Assembly: GCF_965660385.1 (NCBI RefSeq)
Contig: NZ_CBFHZT010000009.1
Coordinates: 8,646 to 72,645, forward strand
Direction: 5' to 3'
DNA length: 64,000 nt
Origin: Polaribacter sp.
GTDB taxonomy: Bacteria > Bacteroidota > Bacteroidia > Flavobacteriales > Flavobacteriaceae
Made by a program: the position numbers and the translations under genes. A model generated the notes under the pieces. The model saw only the letters and a list, made by a program, of their open reading frames with translations, ran no database searches and was not told where the DNA came from. Below are positions 56,711 through 64,000 of this stretch, in pieces (position 1 is the stretch's first letter; every line of letters starts with the position of its first letter).

Positions 56711-58363
56711 TTAATTTAGTAATTCTTTTGCATGTGTTAATGCAGATGCTGAAATGTCTTTTCCACTTAGCATTTCTGCTATTTCTACAATTCTTTCTTC
56801 ATTAGAAAGTTGTTTTAAATTGGTGGTAGTTAAACCTTTAACTTCTTTTTTAAATACTTTATAATGGTGTTTGCCTTTTGATGCTATTTGAGGCAAATGG
56901 GTTATGGCTATAACTTGCATATTAGCACTCATTTGCTGCATAATGGCCGCTATTTTATTGGATACTTCTCCAGAAACCCCTGTATCAATTTCATCAAAAA
57001 TAATGGTTGGTAGCTTTGTATTTTCTGATAATACTGTTTTTACTGATAGCATAATTCTTGATAATTCTCCACCTGAAGCTACTTTTTTCAGTTCGCCAAA
57101 ATTACCTCCCTTATTTGCTGAAAACAGAAATTCTAACGCATCTTTTCCGTTAGCAAAATAATTGGAAGTGGGTTTTATATTGATAGCAAAACGTGCATTT
57201 TGCATACCTAATTCTGCCAATAAATGTTGTAATTGCTTGGTTAATTTTGGTACAACTGCTGTTCTACTTTTGGTAATTAAGCCTGCTAAATTGTCTAATT
57301 TTTGCGTAACATCAGCAATCTCATTCTTTTTGTTAGTAATGGTTTCTTCTGCATTTTCTACTTGACTTACTTTTTCTGAGAGTTCTTCTAAAACCGCTAG
57401 TAATTCTTGATTTGTAGCTACTGTATGCTTTTTCTGTAAGTTGTAAATCAATTGCAAACGATCGTTTAATTCTTCGATTTCTGCTGGATTAAAATCTACA
57501 TTTTCGTTGGCATTTTCTAATTCTGTAACTACATCATCAATTTCAATTTTTACAGAGGTTACCCTTTCTGATAATTCTTGATAATGTTTAGAAAAAGCAG
57601 CTATTTTTAACAATCTATTTTCTAGTGTATTTAATAAATTTTGAACTCCTATTTCTTCGTTTATCGAAATTTCTAAGGCTTCAGATAAATTTAGTTTTAT
57701 ATCTTCTATATTATTTAATTGCTCTAACTTTTCCTCTAACTCTTCTTGTTCATCTACTTTTATATTGGCTTGCTCCAATTCATTAAACAAATGCAAATTG
57801 TATTCGTATTGCTGATTTGCTTCTTTTTGAGCAAACTCCAATGCTTGTAATTCTTTTTTAAGTTGATTTAATTTAGAAAATCCTCTTTTGTAAGATGCAA
57901 TTTTATCTTTATTTTTCGCTAAGGCATCTACAATAGAAAATTGAAAGCTATTGTCTGATAATGCTAAGGTTTCGTGCTGAGAATGCACATCAATCAACTT
58001 AGTTCTAAGTTGATTTAAGACAGAAAGCCTTACAGGTGTATCATTTACAAACGCTCTAGATTTACCTGAGGGTAGTATTTCTCGTCTAATTATGGTTTCT
58101 GCTTCATAATCTAAATCTACTTCTTCAAAAAAATCTTGCAAGTTGTAATTAGCAAGTGCCACTTTTGCTTCTACAATACATTTAGTGGTTGTATCTTTAA
58201 GAGAAGATAAATCTGCCCTGTTACCGAGTACTAAACCTAGAGCACCCAATAATATGGATTTTCCTGCGCAAGTTTCACCAGTTATTATGGATAACCCTTC
58301 TGAAAAATCAATAGTTAATTGATTGATTAAAGCGTAGTTATGTATAGAAAGTTGTGTTAGCAA
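56711..58363 (-). CDS. recN: DNA repair protein RecN
   Basis: SMC-like layout: N-terminal Walker A (TGETCAGKS, variant), coiled coil, ASGGELSR signature and IFDEID Walker B. Confidence 0.95.
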   Translation of the reverse strand: MLTQLSIHNYALINQLTIDFSEGLSIITGETCAGKSILLGALGLVLGNRADLSSLKDTTTKCIVEAKVALANYNLQDFFEEVDLDYEAETIIRREILPSGKSRAFVNDTPVRLSVLNQLRTKLIDVHSQHETLALSDNSFQFSIVDALAKNKDKIASYKRGFSKLNQLKKELQALEFAQKEANQQYEYNLHLFNELEQANIKVDEQEELEEKLEQLNNIEDIKLNLSEALEISINEEIGVQNLLNTLENRLLKIAAFSKHYQELSERVTSVKIEIDDVVTELENANENVDFNPAEIEELNDRLQLIYNLQKKHTVATNQELLAVLEELSEKVSQVENAEETITNKKNEIADVTQKLDNLAGLITKSRTAVVPKLTKQLQHLLAELGMQNARFAINIKPTSNYFANGKDALEFLFSANKGGNFGELKKVASGGELSRIMLSVKTVLSENTKLPTIIFDEIDTGVSGEVSNKIAAIMQQMSANMQVIAITHLPQIASKGKHHYKVFKKEVKGLTTTNLKQLSNEERIVEIAEMLSGKDISASALTHAKELLN

Positions 58364-58423
58364 ATTCTCTAATTTTTATAGGCTAAAATTAGTGAAATAA
58401 ATTTAGAAAGTTAAAAGAAAATA

Positions 58424-59314
58424 CTATTCAATATTTCTCCACTTCGAATTATTATTTGGAGAAATTTTACGCAAAGCAGTTGTTAAACGTACTGCATTTC
58501 TTGTTCTTGGTCCATCAGAATAAATATTAATGATTTCATCTGCTTTGGCATCAAAAAACAAACGAATTAAATAATTACCCACAGTTTTATTAAACAGGTT
58601 TTGCATTTTTAAAACACTATCTTCAATGGTTTGTTTTGCAAACTCTTTATTGTTGGCAAAATTATCTAACCCTTTTATATGATAATCATACATTACATCT
58701 CTATACAACTTTAATTTTGGCTCTAATAGATTATCAATCAACAAAAAACGATTTTGTTTGCCCACTACATTTTGCCAAGAAGATATGCCACTTTGTTGGG
58801 CTTGTAACATTACATTTTCCGCTTCTTTTAGTTCATAGTCGCCACCATATTTCTGAAAAGTATCAGCATCAACACCTAAAATTACATAGGCATAAAAAAC
58901 TATGGTAGAAATTAAATTACTATCAAAAGAGTTTCGATTGTAAAACAACGGATCAAATTCATTGTATCTAAATGTAAAATCGTTATCTCTTAAATTTAAA
59001 AGTGGTGTAGCATAAGATGAACCATAAACAGGTCTAGAAGATTGTACTTGTAGGGTTGCTGTAAAATTATTATTATCTCTAGATGTAATGATAATATTCA
59101 TTGCACAATCTACTTTCTCTTCGGTTTGTACAACTCTGTTTGTCCATTTTGTTTGATTGATAAATTCAGTTAGTGCAGTTTGTAATGTTGTAAACACTTG
59201 TCTGTTAGAACCTGCAACTTGCTCATAATTTATATTTACCAAGCAATTTAGTTCTTGCGAATTGATATTGCCTGCAAACAATGATAAAACAAAAAGAACA
59301 ACTAATTTACGCAT
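58424..59314 (-). CDS. DUF4835 family protein (T9SS-associated PorD-like)
   Basis: Signal peptide, QELNC, QVQSSRP and FDAKADEI motifs, conserved position between coaBC and recN. Confidence 0.8.
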   Translation of the reverse strand: MRKLVVLFVLSLFAGNINSQELNCLVNINYEQVAGSNRQVFTTLQTALTEFINQTKWTNRVVQTEEKVDCAMNIIITSRDNNNFTATLQVQSSRPVYGSSYATPLLNLRDNDFTFRYNEFDPLFYNRNSFDSNLISTIVFYAYVILGVDADTFQKYGGDYELKEAENVMLQAQQSGISSWQNVVGKQNRFLLIDNLLEPKLKLYRDVMYDYHIKGLDNFANNKEFAKQTIEDSVLKMQNLFNKTVGNYLIRLFFDAKADEIINIYSDGPRTRNAVRLTTALRKISPNNNSKWRNIE

Positions 59315-59427
59315 ATCTTTATTTTAGATTTTATTGAATCATGATTAAAAAAGATTCAGGAATCAAGGCTAAAAATTATATTATTAAAAACAAAACAGTG
59401 AAACTAAACATCTTTAGTCAAAAAATT

Positions 59428-60639
59428 CTAATTCCCAACTCGCAACACAATTTCGTTCAAAATATCTTTAGCAACTTCTGTTTTCGATTTTAATTCGAAT
59501 GGTTTTTCGTTAAAATATTTATCAATAATAGTAATTTTATTTGTGTTTGTGGCAAAACCTGCTCCTTTATCTTGCAAAGAATTTAAAACAATCGCGTCTA
59601 AATTTTTACGCTTAATTTTAGTTTTCGCATTTTCAATTTCATTATTCGTTTCTAATGCAAAACCAACTAAATATTGATGTGTTTTTATTTCGCCTAAAGA
59701 AGCTAAAATATCTTTTGTTGGTGCCAACTCTAATGTTAACGTAGCATCTTTCTTTTTTATTTTCTGAGAAGCAATATTTTTTGGTTTATAATCTGCAACT
59801 GCTGCAGAAAGAATAGCAATATCAACATGATTAAAATACTGATGAGCAGCTTTATACATATCATCTGCAGAAACCACATCTACCCTATTTATTAATGAAT
59901 GTTGTATTTGTTGATGACTTGGTCCAGAAATTAAAACAACCTCTGCACCTAAATCTGCAGCTGCTTTTGCAATAGCAAATCCCATTTTGCCTGAAGAATG
60001 ATTCCCAATAAAGCGAACAGGATCTATAGCCTCGTAAGTTGGTCCAGCAGTTATTAATACTTTTTTTCCCTTTAAAGGTAGTTTAGATAAGATATCGTTT
60101 TCTATAAATTTTACGATATCTTCTGGCTCTGCCATTCTTCCTTCACCCACTAAACCACTTGCTAATTCACCAGATGTAGCAGGAATCATAATATTACCAA
60201 AGCTTTGAAGTTTTTCTAAACTATTTTTGGTTGATTCGTGTTTATACATGTCTAAATCCATTGCTGGAGCAAAATAAACAGGACATTTTGCAGATAAATA
60301 GGTAGCCAACAATAAATTATTGCAAGTGCCATTTGCCATTTTAGACAAAGTATTAGCTGTAGCAGGAGCAATTATAAAATAATCTGCCCATAAACCGAAG
60401 TCAACATGATTGTTCCACAATTCGTTTTCATCTTCTTTTTCGTAAAAAGTAGAATGAACAGGGTTTTTAGAAAGTGTAGAGAGTGTAAGAGGTGTTATAA
60501 AATCTTTAGACGCAGGTGTCATAATTACCTTAACATCTGCGCCTAATTTTATAAATAAACGAACTAAAGAAGCCGTTTTGTATGCAGCAATTCCAGCAGT
60601 AATGCCCAATAGGATTTTTTTACCACTTAGAACAGACAT
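59428..60639 (-). CDS. coaBC: Bifunctional phosphopantothenoylcysteine decarboxylase / ligase
   Basis: GITAGIAAYK, APATAN, PAMD, TAGPTYEAIDPVRFIGNHSSGKMG and GFALET. Confidence 0.96.
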   Translation of the reverse strand: MSVLSGKKILLGITAGIAAYKTASLVRLFIKLGADVKVIMTPASKDFITPLTLSTLSKNPVHSTFYEKEDENELWNNHVDFGLWADYFIIAPATANTLSKMANGTCNNLLLATYLSAKCPVYFAPAMDLDMYKHESTKNSLEKLQSFGNIMIPATSGELASGLVGEGRMAEPEDIVKFIENDILSKLPLKGKKVLITAGPTYEAIDPVRFIGNHSSGKMGFAIAKAAADLGAEVVLISGPSHQQIQHSLINRVDVVSADDMYKAAHQYFNHVDIAILSAAVADYKPKNIASQKIKKKDATLTLELAPTKDILASLGEIKTHQYLVGFALETNNEIENAKTKIKRKNLDAIVLNSLQDKGAGFATNTNKITIIDKYFNEKPFELKSKTEVAKDILNEIVLRVGN

Positions 60640-60959
60640 TATTCTGCTTCTGGAGTTCTGAAATATACTTTATCGTTTAACCACTCTTCAACGGCAATTG
60701 CAGTTGGTTTTGGTAAACGCTCGTAAAATTTAGAAACTTCTATTTGTTCTTTATTTTCAAAAACTTCTTCTAAACTATCATTATAAGTAGCAAATTCATC
60801 TAATTTATCTACCAATTCTTTCTTTAAATCAGCATTAACTTGATTTGCTCTTTTAGCAATAATTGAAATAGCCTCATAAATATTTTGTGTAGGTGCTTCA
60901 ATTTCGTTTTTGTTATAAGTAATTGTACTTATAGCTGCTTCTGTATCTTTATAGTCCAT
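60639..60959 (-). CDS. rpoZ: RNA polymerase omega subunit
   Basis: NIYEAISIIAKRANQV and EQIEVSKFYERLPKP, in the typical Bacteroidota bamD-rpoZ-coaBC context. Confidence 0.9.
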   Translation of the reverse strand: MDYKDTEAAISTITYNKNEIEAPTQNIYEAISIIAKRANQVNADLKKELVDKLDEFATYNDSLEEVFENKEQIEVSKFYERLPKPTAIAVEEWLNDKVYFRTPEAE

Positions 60960-60966
60960 AATTTTA

Positions 60967-61845
60967 TTATTTCTCTTTTGAATTTTGCTCTGTATTCTTT
61001 TTTTCTAAGTCTTTCATCTTTTGAATAAGACCATCAATTCTTTTTTCCTCTTTTTTAAGCGTTGCTAACATTTCATTAGCTTCTTCCATAAATTGAGATT
61101 CTGGAAAATTTCTTTTTAGTTTTTCGTAAGCATCAATCGCATCTTTAATTCTGTTAAATTTTCTTCTATCCGTACTTTTTAAAACAAAATCGTGGGCTGC
61201 TTTTAATCGGTAATATAATGCTTCTTCTTTAAATTCAGAACCTAAATAATCTGATAACAAATTATCGAAAGCTTGAATAGCTGCTTTATAATTTCTTAAA
61301 TCGTAATCTGCAGTTGTGTAATATACTTTTGCAATCTCAAAATACTTTTTTTGCAACTTGTATCTTAAATCTTTGTAATGCTGATTTGCTTCATCAAGCT
61401 TGTCTGAGTTAGGATATGTTGTAATAAAATTTTGAAATGCTTCTAATGCTTTGTTGGTATCTGTAGGATCTTTACTGTATACAGGTGATGCTAATTTATA
61501 GCTGTAAGCTGATAAAAATGCAGCCTCCTCATTTTTGGAACTTTTTGGATAATTGTTTTTAAATCTTTCAAAATAATACGCTGCTTGTATATAATTTTTA
61601 GTATTAAAATTAGATTGGGCAACCATAAACTGAATACGCTCCATTTGAGGTTTACCTCTGTAAGCTGGAGTTATTTTTTCAAATAAACGTAAAGCTTTAG
61701 AGAATTTTTTAGTTTCGTAGAGTTTAGTAGCCATTTTATATTGCTCTTCTACACTACCTTTGTTTAGTACTTTTTGATACTCACCACAAGAGAATAAGCA
61801 TAGGCTAAACACTACTAAATACGCTAAATTTTTAATTTTTTGCAT
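60967..61845 (-). CDS. bamD: Outer membrane assembly lipoprotein BamD
   Basis: Lipobox LFS-C and TPR-like helices. TAATTTTG minus-strand promoter at 61850-61857. Confidence 0.9.
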   Translation of the reverse strand: MQKIKNLAYLVVFSLCLFSCGEYQKVLNKGSVEEQYKMATKLYETKKFSKALRLFEKITPAYRGKPQMERIQFMVAQSNFNTKNYIQAAYYFERFKNNYPKSSKNEEAAFLSAYSYKLASPVYSKDPTDTNKALEAFQNFITTYPNSDKLDEANQHYKDLRYKLQKKYFEIAKVYYTTADYDLRNYKAAIQAFDNLLSDYLGSEFKEEALYYRLKAAHDFVLKSTDRRKFNRIKDAIDAYEKLKRNFPESQFMEEANEMLATLKKEEKRIDGLIQKMKDLEKKNTEQNSKEK

Positions 61846-62070
61846 CGGGCAAAATTAGTAATTAATTATGGATAATAAAAGTATTTATTTTTCTCTAAAT
61901 AAATCTTTCGTTTTTGTGTTTTGAACCATTTTATTCTGATGGAAAAATCTAAAATAAAAAAACTCAATTTACTTTATATAACACTGCAATAATCCATAAA
62001 AAAGAATAAAACTTTAATAAAGCGATACTAAAAGATTGTTAAGAATTTCTAAAATATTTTTTATCAAAAA

Positions 62071-62946
62071 TTAAAATTCTTTTACAAATTTCGCAATTTT
62101 GCTTTGTAATGTGGCACTTGCTTTTACTAATGGTAAACGCACATGGTTTGCACAAATACTTAATTCTTGTAAAACTGTTTTAATGCCTGCTGGATTATTT
62201 TCTTCAAATATATAATCCACAATATCCATCATTTTAAAATGAATTTTGTAAGCTTCTTTATTTTTTCCTTCTAAACCTAATTGAATCATTTTAGAAAAAG
62301 CTTCTGGAAAAGCTTGTGCAATCACAGAAATAACACCTGCCCCACCTGCTAAAGCAACACCTAATGCTAAATCATCATCCCCAGAAATCACTAAAAAATC
62401 TTCTGGTTTATCTTTTAACAAAGCATTGTATTGTTGTTGATTGTTACCTGCTTCTTTAACACCTACAATATTACTAAAATCATTTGCCAAACGTATTGTG
62501 GTAGCTGGCTCCATATTTTTTGCTGTTCTACCAGGAACATTATACAAAATTATTGGTAAATCTGTTGCTTCTGCAATAGCTTTAAAATGTTGATAAAACC
62601 CTCCTTGTGTTGGTTTACTATAATAAGGTGCTACTGATAAAACACCATCAATCCCTGAAAAATCTCTTGTTTTTAGTTCTTTAACAACTTCTAAAGTATT
62701 GTTACCTCCAACACCAAGGACTAAAGGAACACGATTATTGTTTGTGTTGATAATAACATCAATAATCAATTGTTTTTCTTCTTTAGTTATGGTAGCACTT
62801 TCTGCTGTTGTACCATTTATTACTAAATAATTTGTTCCGTTTTCGATATTAAAATTTACCAATTTTACTAGTGCATCAACATCTACAGATAAATCTTCAT
62901 TAAAAGGAGTAACTAAAGCTACACCTGTACCAACAAATTTTTGCAT
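62071..62946 (-). CDS. dapA: 4-hydroxy-tetrahydrodipicolinate synthase
   Basis: [27 protein letters not shown] and GVKEA. Confidence 0.95.
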   Translation of the reverse strand: MQKFVGTGVALVTPFNEDLSVDVDALVKLVNFNIENGTNYLVINGTTAESATITKEEKQLIIDVIINTNNNRVPLVLGVGGNNTLEVVKELKTRDFSGIDGVLSVAPYYSKPTQGGFYQHFKAIAEATDLPIILYNVPGRTAKNMEPATTIRLANDFSNIVGVKEAGNNQQQYNALLKDKPEDFLVISGDDDLALGVALAGGAGVISVIAQAFPEAFSKMIQLGLEGKNKEAYKIHFKMMDIVDYIFEENNPAGIKTVLQELSICANHVRLPLVKASATLQSKIAKFVKEF

Positions 62947-63044
62947 TATTTAATTTTTTAAGAGGGTAAAATTACAATTTTCAAATTGAATCTTTTCTAA
63001 AAAAAGACAATCACATAAAGAATACACAACTTTTAATGTAAAGT

Positions 63045-63551
63045 TTAATTTTTTAGTTTGTTTAATATGATTAAGTACTTCTTTAATTCAGATAAAAAGC
63101 TGTCTATTTTTGTAGGAACTTCTGCGATTTCAATATCATATAAAGATTGATTTACATTTGCAAAACCAACTTTAAATTTTGCTTGAGACCTTAACACAGC
63201 ATTTTCTAGATACAGGTTATTTTTATTAAAATAACCAATTAGCAAATCGTGAGGTTCTTCTATAAATGATTTAAAATATTTATTTTTAACCTCACCTTTC
63301 CAATTAAAATCTTTTTCGGTAAAAAATTTATAAGAAGGTACATCCATTTTGCTGTATGGTCTGTAATTATAAATTCTAACATTCCCTAAACCCAATATTT
63401 TTTCTACCTCATTTTCTATTTTAATCCATTTATATATTTCTCCAGACGCTATGACACCTACAGTATACACCTCTTCTTGAGATATTTCTCTTTGCTCTTC
63501 ATTTTGCTTTAAGAGCTTTTTGAAACTTTTTTTTATGAAAGACTTTTTCAA
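63045..63551 (-). CDS. Conserved hypothetical protein (DUF6913-like)
   Basis: FTEKDFNWKG, DLLIGYF and AKFKVGF blocks, upstream of dapA. Family name recalled, not verified. Confidence 0.65.
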   Translation of the reverse strand: MKKSFIKKSFKKLLKQNEEQREISQEEVYTVGVIASGEIYKWIKIENEVEKILGLGNVRIYNYRPYSKMDVPSYKFFTEKDFNWKGEVKNKYFKSFIEEPHDLLIGYFNKNNLYLENAVLRSQAKFKVGFANVNQSLYDIEIAEVPTKIDSFLSELKKYLIILNKLKN

Positions 63552-63799
63552 AGAATAAAATTAATAGGTGATTGAAATGTGTAAAAATACTATTTATTTT
63601 CGTTTCCTTTTAAAACAATTTATCACCTAAAATATTTTATCAACATAAATAAGTAATGAAATTGCACTTAAAGAATAACAAAAACACATACCTTAAAAAT
63701 AAACATTTAACATTATTAATGATCAAAAAATACACCAATTATTAGTATTTTTAAAAAGTTTTTCAGTCAAAAAATAACACCCACAAATAACAACTAAAA

Positions 63800-64000
63800 A
63801 TGATACAACCATTTCATATTGCGATTCCCGTTCAAAACCTAGAACCCTGTAGAACATTTTACAGAGACATTTTACAATGTGAAGAAGGTCGAAGCTCAGA
63901 ACATTGGGTAGATTTTAATTTCTTTGGACATCAACTCGTTATTCATCAAAAGGATGATTTTAAACCAGAAAGAATTTCAAATCCTGTTGATGGGCATGAT
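63800..64000 (+). CDS. VOC/glyoxalase family protein (partial, runs off the window end; absent from the ORF track)
   Basis: Manual translation MIQPFHIAIPVQNLEPCRTFYRDILQCEEGRSSEHWVDFNFFGHQLVIH... Confidence 0.85.
   Translation, partial: MIQPFHIAIPVQNLEPCRTFYRDILQCEEGRSSEHWVDFNFFGHQLVIHQKDDFKPERISNPVDGHD

Noticed and set aside
2055-58908. Short antisense or nested ORFs (e.g. 2055-2258, 6537-6917, 18656-19039, 32108-32356, 48339-48584, 56327-56656)
   Set aside because: They are shadows of long, well-supported genes on the opposite strand or frame, with no motifs or independent expression signals.

Overview
A low-GC Bacteroidota chromosome segment, Flavobacteriaceae-like and plausibly Polaribacter/Tenacibaculum (inferred from gene order, TAnnTTTG promoters and a T9SS cargo protein). 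Most of it is housekeeping: dnaX, menD, fsa, SRP RNA, phosphoglucomutase, MsbA-like ABC transporter, pyc, CCA enzyme, carboxyltransferase, and the bamD-rpoZ-coaBC-DUF4835-recN-fabI run with dapA. The standout is a 16 kb minus-strand run (44411 to 28360) of mostly uncharacterised genes: coiled-coil protein, hypothetical, four-helix-bundle protein, classic-clade AAA+ ATPase, NUDIX, DUF6638-like and two membrane proteins. Embedded in it is an apparently complete retron module: WGR+HEAT protein, SWIM Zn-finger protein, an unannotated ~230-nt structured ncRNA (32400-32628), and a retron RT with NAxxH, YVDD and VTG motifs and a long charged N-terminal extension. The ncRNA shows 14-bp terminal inverted repeats, a candidate branching G at 32605 and a long msd hairpin. 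Other signals: a 12-A slippage site splitting dnaX, 7-nt-periodic inverted-repeat intergenic elements (three around the four-helix-bundle gene), a three-copy structured repeat with compensatory base changes, and a Gly-to-Cys change in the RecN Walker A. All calls come from reading the sequence and from recalled family motifs; no searches were run.
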